A stretch of 32,000 nucleotides of DNA from Geomonas oryzisoli (GTDB taxonomy: Bacteria > Desulfobacterota > Desulfuromonadia > Geobacterales > Geobacteraceae): the NCBI RefSeq assembly GCF_018986915.1, contig NZ_CP076723.1, forward strand, positions 3,964,228 to 3,996,227. The letters run 5' to 3'. Below the pieces are notes generated by a model. That model searched no databases, had not been told where the DNA came from, and saw only the letters and a list, made by a program, of their open reading frames with translations. Shown here in pieces: positions 11,822 to 20,106 of the stretch; position 1 is the stretch's first letter; every line of letters starts with the position of its first letter. The translations under genes and the position numbers were made by a program.

Positions 11822-12103
11822 CTACTTGCCCCCCCCGAGAGCGCTCTTCACCTTCTTCAGCGTGTCGATGTTCTTCTGAAGGCCGCTCACGTTCTTCTCC
11901 ATTTCGGTGATGGTGGTGCCGAGCTGGGCCACGCTGCCGATGATGCCTCCGCTGCCGGCCGCCCTCTGCAGCAGTTCGTTGCCCAACTCTCCCATCTGGG
12001 CGTTGGCACGCTGCTCGCTGATCGAGCCGCAGAGGTATCCCGCCACAAAGACCACGGCAAAGGCCGCGACCCGCAAACTGTAGACGACGCTTTTCTGTTT
12101 CAT
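11822..12103 (-). CDS. Hypothetical small exported or membrane-anchored protein, 93 aa
   Basis: ATG 12103 has GGGAGG 7 nt upstream; the track start at 12142 lacks an RBS. There is an N-terminal hydrophobic segment (MKQKSVVYSLRVAAFAVVFVAGYLCGS) followed by a helical region. It lies 54 nt downstream of the 12158-12445 gene, so the two are likely co-transcribed. Confidence 0.65.
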   Translation of the reverse strand: MKQKSVVYSLRVAAFAVVFVAGYLCGSISEQRANAQMGELGNELLQRAAGSGGIIGSVAQLGTTITEMEKNVSGLQKNIDTLKKVKSALGGGK

Positions 12104-12157
12104 GTCAGTTCCTCCCATGACCCGATGCCTTATCACCGCCACGCCCGGTTGCTCACC

Positions 12158-12445
12158 CTACTTTTTCTTTTCCTTCTTCTCCGGCTTGGCGGCAGCCTCC
12201 TTGGCCTCGATACTGGCGGCTTTCATGGTGTACATGATGGTGACCTTGCTGCCGACCTTGATGTCGCCGGTGACCTTGGTGTCCTTGTCCTTGGCGATCT
12301 GCCACTTCTCGCTCCCCTTCTGAACTACGATCATGTCGTCCTTCACTTCGAGTACCGGCCCGGTCACCTGATAGCTCTTGGGAGCGGCATAGACGGTCGT
12401 TGCGGCAAGCAGAGTGATCCCCGTTAAAGCTGCGACAAGTTTCAT
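12158..12445 (-). CDS. Hypothetical small secreted protein, 95 aa, with a Lys/Glu-rich tail
   Basis: The RBS AAGGAGGA lies upstream of ATG 12445. The signal peptide is MKLVAALTGITLLAATTVYA/AP. The core is beta-rich (KVGSKVTIMY) and the tail is EAKEAAAKPEKKEKKK. Confidence 0.7.
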   Translation of the reverse strand: MKLVAALTGITLLAATTVYAAPKSYQVTGPVLEVKDDMIVVQKGSEKWQIAKDKDTKVTGDIKVGSKVTIMYTMKAASIEAKEAAAKPEKKEKKK

Positions 12446-12486
12446 ACTGTTTCCTCCTTGAGAGTTGTGAGTGCTGGAACGCTACA

Positions 12487-12514
12487 TTGATAACAGCTTA
12501 CCGCCGCAAGTCAA
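12487..12514 (-). promoter_or_regulatory. Candidate sigma70 promoter for the two-gene small-protein operon
   Basis: The minus strand has TTGACT (12514-12509), a 16-nt spacer and TATCAA (12492-12487), about 40 nt upstream of ATG 12445. Confidence 0.45.
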
Positions 12515-12568
12515 ACCGCTGCGGGTCATGACTCCGGATCCCCCTACCCTTTGACCGACGCCGCCCCT

Positions 12569-13393
12569 CTAGCAGGCAAAGGGTTTTTGCAGCATTATCG
12601 TCTGCACCGGCATCGGCGCCGGGAAGCCTGCGGCAGCGAGGCTCTCACGGATCACCTTGTTACCGTCGAAATAGACCTGCCAGTAGTGGTCATTGTGACA
12701 ATACGGCCGCACAGCGAGCACCGGGCCGAGCGCGGTGAATTCCAGGATATCCACCTGCACCTGGGGATCGGGCAGTACGTTGGGAACCTGGGCGAGCTTC
12801 TCCCGCAAGAGAAGCATGGCGGCAACGTGGTCGGCATCGCCGGAAAGCTGGCACTTCATTTCGACCCTCCTGAACGGGTTGGTCGAATAATTCTGGATGG
12901 TGTCGCTGAAGATCTTGTTGTTGCCGACCATGGTGAGGACGTTGTCCGCCGTGTTGATGGAGGTTATGAACAGCCCGATCTCCTTGATGGTCCCGGTCAC
13001 CCCTGCGGCTGTCACGAAGTCGCCGACCTTGAACGGGTGCAGCACGATCAGGAAGATGCCTGCGGCGAGGTTGGCGAGCAGGCCGCCCCAGGCGGCGCCA
13101 ATCGCGATGCCGACACCGGCGACCAAGGCTGCGAAGGTCGTGGTCTGAATGCCGCAGTAGCCGAGGATGGCGACCACCAGGACGATGTTGAGGGTGACGG
13201 ACACGAAGTTGCCGATGTAACGCATCAGGGTGGGATCGACCTTCTGCCTCTCCAGCACCCCCTGCAGCATGCGCCCGACCAGACCGATGAGCCAGCGTCC
13301 CACGAGCCAGAACAGGATCACTGCGACAAGTTTGGTGCCGTACTCGGTGGCATACGTCACTGCGAGTTGCTGATACTGCCCCACGTTGTCCAT
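12569..13393 (-). CDS. Small-conductance mechanosensitive channel (MscS family), 274 aa
   Basis: ATG 13393 is preceded by AAAGGAGGA. There are three N-terminal TM helices. The MscS pore and beta-domain signature is AGVGIAIGAAWGGLLANLAAGIFLIVLHPFKVGDFV...GTIKEIGLFITSINTADNVLTMVGNNKIF. Confidence 0.85.
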   Translation of the reverse strand: MDNVGQYQQLAVTYATEYGTKLVAVILFWLVGRWLIGLVGRMLQGVLERQKVDPTLMRYIGNFVSVTLNIVLVVAILGYCGIQTTTFAALVAGVGIAIGAAWGGLLANLAAGIFLIVLHPFKVGDFVTAAGVTGTIKEIGLFITSINTADNVLTMVGNNKIFSDTIQNYSTNPFRRVEMKCQLSGDADHVAAMLLLREKLAQVPNVLPDPQVQVDILEFTALGPVLAVRPYCHNDHYWQVYFDGNKVIRESLAAAGFPAPMPVQTIMLQKPFAC

Positions 13394-13468
13394 AGTTCCT
13401 CCTTTTACGGTGTGGCTGCCTCCTGCACTTGAAGTTCTCCAGCGGGTAACAAGTTGCAAAATAGGTCA

Positions 13469-13496
13469 ATTTTACACTCACAGTACCCTTTTACAA
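13469..13496 (-). promoter_or_regulatory. Possible sigma70 promoter for the MscS gene
   Basis: The minus strand has TTGTAA (13496-13491), a 16-nt spacer and TAAAAT (13474-13469). It was matched by eye only. Confidence 0.3.
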
Positions 13497-13578
13497 TCCA
13501 CGTGTGCCAGTGGCCGGAATCGGCAATGTCACTGCAAGGAAGGGTTATGTCAGTGCTACACCTATGGTCGCCGAGCCT

Positions 13579-13615
13579 AAAACAAAAAGGGGGCACCGCT
13601 CACGCGGCGCCCCCC
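13579..13615 (-). terminator. Orphan rho-independent terminator on the minus strand, with no minus-strand CDS upstream
   Basis: The minus-strand RNA is GGGGGCGCCGC-guga-GCGGUGCCCCC followed by UUUUUGUUUU. The nearest upstream minus-strand CDS is about 1 kb away, beyond two plus-strand genes. Confidence 0.55.
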
Positions 13616-13809
13616 TTCAATTGCCCATCGTAGCAGCTACGCCAGATGCCGCTGCCGTGCTGTTCGCCCCTGGTCAGATTTGTCGGTCGAGGCACCATAC
13701 CTCATTTGAGGTAGCGCATGAAGCAAATAAGGCATGATTTCGTCTCCCGCGCTGGCAGGTAAAAATTTATTTCCTGCGACATCAGCAGGTTAGCAACTTT
13801 TTTCAAAGC

Positions 13810-13825
13810 TGGCACGACTGATGCT
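13810..13825 (+). promoter_or_regulatory. Sigma54 (RpoN) -24/-12 promoter
   Basis: TGGCAC-GACTG-ATGCT follows the GG-N10-GC spacing of the TGGCAC-N5-TTGCW consensus. It sits 43 nt upstream of ATG 13868. An inverted repeat CCTGC-N7-GCAGG lies about 30-45 nt further upstream. Confidence 0.6.
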
Positions 13826-13867
13826 CTAAGAGGGAAGAAGTCCAAATTCATCTTAGGAGATTTTCAA

Positions 13868-14104
13868 ATGAAAAAGATCGTTTCTTCCGTAGTTGCTGCT
13901 CTCGTTGCTGTTGCTTTCGCTGGTGTTGTTTTCGCTGCTGACGCTGCTCCGGCTGCTCCGGCCGCTCCGGCTGCTGAAGTGAAGAAAGAAGAAAAAGCTC
14001 CGGTGAAAAAAGCCGCTAAGAAGAAAAAAGCAAAGAAAGCTGCTAAGAAAGCCGAGAAGAAAGAAGCTGCTCCGGCTGCTGAAGCTGCTCCGGCTGCGAA
14101 GTAA
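13868..14104 (+). CDS. Small secreted low-complexity Ala/Pro/Lys-rich basic protein, 78 aa
   Basis: The RBS TAGGAGA is present. The signal peptide is MKKIVSSVVAALVAVAFAGVVFA/AD. It is followed by (AAP)n and KKAAKKKKAKKAAKKAEKKE tracts. A strong terminator follows directly. Confidence 0.75.
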   Translation: MKKIVSSVVAALVAVAFAGVVFAADAAPAAPAAPAAEVKKEEKAPVKKAAKKKKAKKAAKKAEKKEAAPAAEAAPAAK

Positions 14105-14130
14105 TTCCGTTTTCACCTGTAGCATCAAAA

Positions 14131-14163
14131 GCCGCCCGTTGCCAGACATCGGGCGGCTTTTTT
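14131..14163 (+). terminator. Rho-independent terminator
   Basis: GCCGCCCG-ttgccagacat-CGGGCGGC is followed by TTTTTT. Confidence 0.85.
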
Positions 14164-14225
14164 AGTATTAACGTCCTAGCGTAGCGATTCGCCCCCCTGG
14201 ATCGGGGCAAAACAGAGGTGTCTTC

Positions 14226-14555
14226 ATGCGGAAGTTCCTCAGCACCGGGAACGGATGGGTTATGGCGGGATATCTGGTCGTCATCGTGCTCGGGTATGTC
14301 GACTACCTGACCGGTGACTATTCTCTGCTGATTTTTTACCTCGCCCCGGTATCCCTGGTTTCCTGGCAGGCGGGGCGGCGCGGCGCGCTCCTCGTGTCAC
14401 TGCTCGCCGGCCTGGCGCGTTGCGTCTCCGACTATTACAGCCACTCCGCACTGACCTTCAAGCCCTGGCAGTCCCTGGAAGACACGGCCCTCGTCGTGGC
14501 GGTCGCCTTCCTCGTCCTCGTGATGAAGAAACTGATGACCGAGGTCCGGGTCTGA
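14226..14555 (+). CDS. Stand-alone multi-pass membrane protein resembling the DUF4118-type N-terminal membrane module of sensor kinases, 109 aa
   Basis: It has three to four hydrophobic helices. The motif YVDYLTGDYSLLIFYLAPVSLVSWQAGRRGALLVSLLAGL resembles the sensor N-terminal (KdpD/DUF4118-like) pattern. Its stop codon TGA (14553-14555) abuts the convergent gene's stop (14556-14558). Confidence 0.6.
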   Translation: MRKFLSTGNGWVMAGYLVVIVLGYVDYLTGDYSLLIFYLAPVSLVSWQAGRRGALLVSLLAGLARCVSDYYSHSALTFKPWQSLEDTALVVAVAFLVLVMKKLMTEVRV

Positions 14556-15818
14556 TCAGCCGGTAATAAGAATCGCCCTGAAATCGTTCACGTTGGTGAG
14601 CGTGGGACCGGTCACGAGCGTTTCCCCCAGAGCCTCGAAAAAACCGTGTCCGTCGTTGTCATCGAGGCTTCGCTTCGGGTTGATCCCCAGCTCCCAGGCC
14701 CGCTGCAGCAGGTCCGGGCTCACAAAGCCTCCCGCTGTCTCCTCCTGGCCGTCCACCCCGTCGGTATCCCCCGCCACCGCATAGATTCCCTTTTCGCCCT
14801 CAAGCGCCAGCGCCAACGCCAGCAGAAACTCCACATTGGGTCCGCCGCGCCCGCTGCCGCGCACCGTTACCGTTGTTTCTCCCCCCGACAGCAGGACGCA
14901 GGGCGGGGCAAAGGGCTGCCGGCGCCGTGCCACCTGCAGCGCTACCGCCGCCAGCGCCTTCGCTACCTCTCTGGACTCGCCTTCGATGCGGTCGCTCAGG
15001 ATGTGGGCGGGAATCCCCTGCCGGAGGGCAAACTGAGCCGCGGCTTCCAGGGCCGCCTGCGGCGTCGCGACCAGGTGGAACTGCGCGTTGGCCAGGCGCG
15101 GGTCGTCCGGCTTCACCGACTCCCCGCGCCCGGAGGCGAGACACTCCCGCACCGACGCGGGGAGCGGGATGCGGTAGCGCTCCACGATGGCAAGCGCATC
15201 CTCGCAGGTGGTGGCGTCACCTACGGTAGGACCGGAGGCGATATCGGTGGGGTTGTCGCCGGGAACATCGGAGATGGCCAGGGTCCAGACGCGGGCGGGA
15301 TGACATGCGGCGGCAAGCCTCCCCCCCTTGACGGCCGAGAGGTGGCGCCGGACACAGTTGATTTCGGCGATGCCTGCTCCACAGCGCAGGAGTTCCCGGC
15401 TCAGTTCCTGCTTTTGCGCCAGGGTCACCCCCGGCAGGGGAAGGGGCAACAGCGCGGATCCGCCGCCGGAAATGAGGCAGACGACCAGATCGTCGCAGGT
15501 GAGGCCTTCGACCAGTTCGAGCATCCTGGCCGCCGCCGTGCACCCCGCCTGGTCCGGAACCGGATGCGACGCGCTCACCACCTCGATGCCGCGGCAGGGA
15601 ACTTCGTAGCCGTAACGGGTGACCACGAGCCCCGCTGAGATCTCCCCGGTCCAGGCGTCTTCGAAGGCGCGCGCCATGGCAGCCGAGGCCTTACCCGCAC
15701 CGATCACCACCAACCTTCCCTTCGGCAGAGGCGGGAGGTGGCGCGACAGGCAGTACTCGGGACGCGCCGACTGAACGGCGGCTTCAAACATCTGCTGCAA
15801 AAGCTTACGCGGCTTCAT
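14556..15818 (-). CDS. Glycerate 2-kinase / hydroxypyruvate-reductase-like protein (DUF4147 + MOFRL family), 420 aa
   Basis: The RBS GGGGAGGA is present. The N-terminus is ...RLVVIGAGKASAAMARAFE.... The middle is ...CLISGGGSALL.... The C-terminus is ...LLSGGETTVTV.G.GRGGPNVEFLLALA...AGDTDGVDG, typical of this family. Confidence 0.85.
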   Translation of the reverse strand: MKPRKLLQQMFEAAVQSARPEYCLSRHLPPLPKGRLVVIGAGKASAAMARAFEDAWTGEISAGLVVTRYGYEVPCRGIEVVSASHPVPDQAGCTAAARMLELVEGLTCDDLVVCLISGGGSALLPLPLPGVTLAQKQELSRELLRCGAGIAEINCVRRHLSAVKGGRLAAACHPARVWTLAISDVPGDNPTDIASGPTVGDATTCEDALAIVERYRIPLPASVRECLASGRGESVKPDDPRLANAQFHLVATPQAALEAAAQFALRQGIPAHILSDRIEGESREVAKALAAVALQVARRRQPFAPPCVLLSGGETTVTVRGSGRGGPNVEFLLALALALEGEKGIYAVAGDTDGVDGQEETAGGFVSPDLLQRAWELGINPKRSLDDNDGHGFFEALGETLVTGPTLTNVNDFRAILITG

Positions 15819-15900
15819 GATTTTCCTCCCCGTACGGCGTCATTCCCCGATTAGATACAACAACGGGACGGTCCGGCGCAACGGGGAAAACGCCATCATG

Positions 15901-15929
15901 AAAAAGGCCCGCAGGATTTCCCGCGGGCC
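15901..15929 (-). terminator. Rho-independent terminator after the Cys-rich protein gene
   Basis: The minus-strand RNA is GGCCCGCGGG-aaau-CCUGCGGGCC followed by UUUUU. The stem is 10 bp including one G-U pair. Confidence 0.8.
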
Positions 15930-15956
15930 CCGGTACCACCACGGCCGCTACACCGG

Positions 15957-16355
15957 TTAATACTGCTCCCTCTTGATCCAGCCGTATTTCTCCCCCGCAT
16001 AGAAATGCCCGTGGCAGGAATAGGGCCCTGCGTTGTAGATGTCCACGACCAGCACCTCCCCGCACACCGGGCAGGGAGCCGTCGGCTTCTCCCTCTTCCT
16101 GGCCTCCTCCCTCAGGTCGTCGAGCTGGTTTTCCAGCATCTCGATGCGGGCGACCAGTTCCCGGTCCAACAGGTGTTCCAGGCACCCCTGGACGCCGCAC
16201 TTCTCCTCTCTCCCCTCCACCAGCACCGGGTGCTCGCATTCCGTGCAACTGCAGTCCACCTGGAAATTACCGCACAGGGGACAGCGGTTCTCTTTGATCT
16301 CCGGCAGCGCAAAGCATCCCGGAGGGTAAATGTAGCTCAGGATCGATCTGGTCAT
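15957..16355 (-). CDS. Cys-rich hypothetical protein with zinc-ribbon-like CxxC pairs flanking a coiled coil, 132 aa
   Basis: The RBS GGAGGAAGAG is present. It has 11 Cys: C25xxC28, C35xC37xxC40, C53x4C58, C95xxC98 and C114HGH. The central segment LLDRELVARIEMLENQLDDLREEARKRE is coiled-coil-like. Overlapping track ORFs (15805..16248 minus, 16005..16685 plus) look like shadows. Confidence 0.65.
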   Translation of the reverse strand: MTRSILSYIYPPGCFALPEIKENRCPLCGNFQVDCSCTECEHPVLVEGREEKCGVQGCLEHLLDRELVARIEMLENQLDDLREEARKREKPTAPCPVCGEVLVVDIYNAGPYSCHGHFYAGEKYGWIKREQY

Positions 16356-16633
16356 GACTCTTCCTCCACCGGGCGGCCAGCCGCCTCACTATCTGCCTGC
16401 ATGCATGAAAGCTGGGGATCGACACAACGGTTAGAATACTGCCATAAAAAAATAGTAATGCAAAAACTCGCCACACGGCTTCCTGATGCCGCCATACCGT
16501 ATCTCCTGGGACTGCAGCAGCGGGCAGATCGGGACAATTCGAATATGCTGCTGACAAATGACCGATTTCGAAAGGGAAATACTTTCCGAAGAGAACCCCA
16601 AGAATTCACACAAGTTGACCACGAGGAGGAACC

Positions 16634-18256
16634 ATGCTGGCAAGTGTCAAAGTCGGTACCAAGTTGCTTTCAGCCTTTCTGCTGATTGCCGTGATAAGCG
16701 CGTTGGTGGGCGGTGTGGGGGTCCTGAAGATCCGCCAGATCGATGAGGCCGACACCCGCCTCTACGAGGAGATCACGGCGCCTTTGGCCACCGTCGCCCA
16801 GATGTCCATCGCCTTCCAGCGGGTCCGCATCAACCTGCGCGACTTCATGGAGGCCAAGGATGAGAGCGAGAGGCAGGCCGCGCTTGCCATGGTGGACAAG
16901 CTGCGCAAGGAAATCGGGGAGCGATCGACCGGGTTCGAGAAGAGACTCGATACCGACGAGGAGCGGAAGCTCTACGGCGAGTTCAAGGAATCGCGCAAGG
17001 TCTACGGCGGCTACATCGACCAGGTGACCGGACACGTGCAGGCAGGGAGGGTCGACGAGGCGATGACCCTCATGCACGGCGAGGCCCGAAAGGCGGCGCT
17101 GCACGAGCAGGAGCAGCTCAACAAGCTCATGGAAGCAATGGAGAAACAGGCGGAACTGACGGCGAAGGACAATGCGAGGATCGCCGAGGTCGCCACCATC
17201 GTCATGACGGCGCTGGTCATCGCGGGGATGGTGATCGCCGTCGTCTGCGGCCTGGTGATAACCAGGATGATCACCAAGCCCCTCCACGCCGCCGTTGCCG
17301 CGGCCAGCGCCATCGGCGCCGGCGATCTCACCACGCGGATCGAGGTCACCTCGCGCGACGAGACGGGGCAGCTCATGGCGGCGCTGCAGGCGATGGCGGA
17401 AAACCTGCGCAGCACCATCGGCAAGGTCGCCGACACCTCCGCCCAGGTTGCCTCCGCCTCCAACCAGTTGCATTCCACCTCGGAACAGATCGCAACCGGC
17501 GCGGAGGAGGTCGCGGCCCAGGCCGGCACCGTGGCCACTGCCGGGGAGCAGATGTCGGCCACCTCGTCGGACATAGCGCGCAACTGCCAGATGGCGGCCG
17601 AAGGGGCCAAACGCGCCTCGAAATCGGCCCAGAGCGGGGCGGAGGTGGTCCAAGGGACCGTAACGGTGATGGGACAGATCGCAGCGAAGGTGCAGGAAAC
17701 GTCCAGGACCGTCGAGAGTCTCGGCGAGCGCAGCGATCAGATCGGAGCCATCATCGGCACCATCGAGGACATAGCGGACCAGACCAACCTCCTGGCTTTG
17801 AACGCGGCCATCGAGGCGGCCCGGGCCGGCGAGCAGGGACGCGGCTTTGCCGTCGTCGCCGACGAGGTGCGCGCCCTGGCCGAACGGACCACCAGGGCGA
17901 CCCGGGAGATAGGGGAGATGATCAAGGCGATCCAGAGCGAGACCAAGGGTGCCGTGGTCGCCATGGAAGAAGGTGTGCACCAGGTCGAGGCCGGAACCGC
18001 CGAAGCCGCCAAGTCCGGCGGCGCGCTGCAGGAGATCCTGGAGCAGATCAACGACGTGGCCATGCAGATCCACCAGGTGGCTACCGCCGCCGAAGAACAG
18101 ACGGCGACTACCAGCGAGATCTCCAGCAACATCGTGCAGATAACCCAGGTCGTGCAGCAGACCTCGCAAGGGGCACAGGAGTCGGCGAGTGCGGCGGCCC
18201 AGTTGCACAGGAACTCCGAGGAACTACAGCAGTTGGTCAAGCAGTTCCGACTCTAG
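16634..18256 (+). CDS. Methyl-accepting chemotaxis protein (4-helix-bundle-type periplasmic domain, HAMP, MCP signalling domain), 540 aa
   Basis: The RBS GAGGAGGA is present. TM1 is [21 protein letters not shown] and TM2 is near aa 190-215. The HAMP segment is [22 protein letters not shown]. The conserved hairpin tip is [40 protein letters not shown]. Confidence 0.9.
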   Translation: MLASVKVGTKLLSAFLLIAVISALVGGVGVLKIRQIDEADTRLYEEITAPLATVAQMSIAFQRVRINLRDFMEAKDESERQAALAMVDKLRKEIGERSTGFEKRLDTDEERKLYGEFKESRKVYGGYIDQVTGHVQAGRVDEAMTLMHGEARKAALHEQEQLNKLMEAMEKQAELTAKDNARIAEVATIVMTALVIAGMVIAVVCGLVITRMITKPLHAAVAAASAIGAGDLTTRIEVTSRDETGQLMAALQAMAENLRSTIGKVADTSAQVASASNQLHSTSEQIATGAEEVAAQAGTVATAGEQMSATSSDIARNCQMAAEGAKRASKSAQSGAEVVQGTVTVMGQIAAKVQETSRTVESLGERSDQIGAIIGTIEDIADQTNLLALNAAIEAARAGEQGRGFAVVADEVRALAERTTRATREIGEMIKAIQSETKGAVVAMEEGVHQVEAGTAEAAKSGGALQEILEQINDVAMQIHQVATAAEEQTATTSEISSNIVQITQVVQQTSQGAQESASAAAQLHRNSEELQQLVKQFRL

Positions 18257-18267
18257 CTGTCCAAACG

Positions 18268-18291
18268 GGAGCCGGGGTCATTCCCGGCTCC
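18268..18291 (+). terminator. Hairpin after the MCP gene; possible terminator without a U-tract
   Basis: GGAGCCGGG-gtcatt-CCCGGCTCC forms a 9-bp stem, but it is followed by a C-rich rather than a T-rich tract. Confidence 0.4.
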
Positions 18292-18472
18292 TCCCACCCT
18301 CAAACTGTGACAGAGCACTCTCCACAAGAACATTCATCTGTCATAACCTATCGGCCGATCTCCGTAGTTTTAATATTTCAAGTTTTATGAGTGCCTGTCG
18401 AAAAGAAACCCTGCGTCTGTGATGAACGTGCGTGGTTTCTCGATCTTTCAATGAAAACCAGGAGGAACAACT

Positions 18473-19237
18473 ATGAGAGTAATACGTGTTGCAGCAGCCC
18501 TTCTCCTCTCTTTGCTGGCAGGTCTCACCGCCCAGGCAAGCGCCGATGAGCTGAAGATCGGAGCCGGTGGCGCGCCCACGGAGAACATCCTGAAGCCGAT
18601 CCGTGTCGCGTTCGAGACGGCAACCGGCCTGAAGCTCTACATCGTCGCCTCCGGGCCGAAAAACGCCTTCGTAGACCTGCAGAAGGGGGAACTGGACGCT
18701 GCGGCGGCAGGGCTTAGCTACCAGGACTGGCTGGCCCTCATGAAGAAGGAAGGGGCCGAGGTGGGCGCGCCGGCTGCGTTCACCCCTGTCGTCATCGGCA
18801 AGGACAAGGTCAAGGTGCTGGTGCACAAGGAGAACAAGGTGAACCAGCTGAGCGCCGAGCAGTTGAAAGGGATTTTTTCCGGGGAGATCTCCTCGTGGAA
18901 AGAGGTCGGCGGAGAGGACGTACCGATCCTGGTGGTGATCGGCAAGCTTACTCCCGGCACCAACAGCATGTTCTTCAAGAAGTTCCTGGGGGACAAGGCC
19001 GTTGCCAAGGACGTGATCGACGCCACCACGGCCGAGGACGTCAGGCTGAACGTCGCCTCGAACCCTTCGGCCATCGGCTTCGGTCCTCTCTCGCTGGTGG
19101 ACGACTCGGTAAAAGCGGTACAGACGCCGGAGCTCGCGCGCGACATCACCGTGATCACCAAGGGGAAACCCTCGGCCAAGGTCCAGAAGCTCCTCGATTT
19201 CGTCAACGGCGAGGGAAAGAAGTACATCAAGCAGTAA
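18473..19237 (+). CDS. Periplasmic substrate-binding protein, PstS / PBP_like_2 family, 254 aa
   Basis: The RBS AGGAGGA is present. The signal peptide is MRVIRVAAALLLSLLAGLTAQASA/DE. The family signature is LSAEQLKGIFSGEISSWKEVGGEDVPILVV...NPSAIGFGPLS. Confidence 0.8.
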   Translation: MRVIRVAAALLLSLLAGLTAQASADELKIGAGGAPTENILKPIRVAFETATGLKLYIVASGPKNAFVDLQKGELDAAAAGLSYQDWLALMKKEGAEVGAPAAFTPVVIGKDKVKVLVHKENKVNQLSAEQLKGIFSGEISSWKEVGGEDVPILVVIGKLTPGTNSMFFKKFLGDKAVAKDVIDATTAEDVRLNVASNPSAIGFGPLSLVDDSVKAVQTPELARDITVITKGKPSAKVQKLLDFVNGEGKKYIKQ

Positions 19238-19305
19238 CGACGGCAGTCGCATCCGACGCCAGTTCCGTCTCGTAAAGAGACCCACAACCAGGAGGGGACG
19301 TACGT

Positions 19306-20064
19306 ATGAAAAGAGCAATGATTGGTCTGGCACTCGCAGCATCGATGGTCTTCGGCGGCACCGCCATGGGCGAAGAGATCAAGGCGGGAGGGGGCGGCGC
19401 CCCCGTTGACGGCTATCTGAAACCGGTGAAGGAGGCATTCGAGAAGAGCACCGGCATCACCTTGAACCTCAACTTCAGCAGCGCCACCCTCGCCTTCAAG
19501 CAACTGATCGCAGGGGAGCTCGACCTCTCCACCGCCGGCCTCGCCTACCCGGACCTCGTGAAGACGGCGAAGAAAGAGAAGATCGAGGTCGCCGACCCGT
19601 CCGCCTACGTCGCCACGGAGATCGGCGCCAGCAAGATCTACACGGTTGCCCACAAGGACAACCCGGTGGCCACGCTCACCATGGACCAACTGAAGGGGAT
19701 CTTCACCGGCAAGATCGCCAACTGGAAAGAGGTGGGCGGCAACGACGCCCCCATCCTGATCGTCCTCTCCTCGATCAACCCCGCGACCAACGCCGCGTTC
19801 AAGAAGCTCGCCATGGGAGACGCCCCTTTCGCGACCGATGTCCTGGACGCGGGACGGTTCGAGGACGTGCGTGAAAAAGTCGCCGCCAACCCGGAGGCGA
19901 TCGCGTTCGGCCCGGTGACCATGCTGGACGCCACCCTCAAGACCGTGAAGACCCCGGACGTGGCGCGTCCGGTCATCGTGGTCACCAAGGGGGCCCCCTC
20001 GGCCAAGGTGCAGAAGCTGATCTCCTTCATAAAGGGTGAAGGACAGAACTACATCAAGCAGTAA
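19306..20064 (+). CDS. Periplasmic substrate-binding protein, PstS / PBP_like_2 family (colinear paralog of 18473-19237), 252 aa
   Basis: The RBS AGGAGGGGA and a signal peptide are present. The signature is LTMDQLKGIFTGKIANWKEVGGNDAPILIV...NPEAIAFGPVT. It shares the C-terminus KGxPSAKVQKLxxFxxGEGxxYIKQ with the upstream paralog. Confidence 0.8.
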   Translation: MKRAMIGLALAASMVFGGTAMGEEIKAGGGGAPVDGYLKPVKEAFEKSTGITLNLNFSSATLAFKQLIAGELDLSTAGLAYPDLVKTAKKEKIEVADPSAYVATEIGASKIYTVAHKDNPVATLTMDQLKGIFTGKIANWKEVGGNDAPILIVLSSINPATNAAFKKLAMGDAPFATDVLDAGRFEDVREKVAANPEAIAFGPVTMLDATLKTVKTPDVARPVIVVTKGAPSAKVQKLISFIKGEGQNYIKQ

Positions 20065-20106
20065 AAACCTACCGTTTCCCCAGCGCCTTCAGACCGGAGC
20101 AAATGC

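Noticed and set aside
13504-13737. Small ORFs in the 13400-13860 intergenic region (13504..13737 plus, 13405..13596 minus, 13386..13580 plus), and the 13853..14149 minus ORF
   Set aside because: They have no RBS and junk-like composition. They cross a terminator hairpin or run antisense to the well-supported 13868..14104 gene.
18331-18350. CTGTCAT half-site upstream of the first PstS-like gene, as a possible Pho box or CusR half-site
   Set aside because: Only one 7-bp half-site matches. The expected second repeat at the Pho-box spacing (TATCGGC) and the ATGACA partner for a CusR box are both absent. This is too weak to call.
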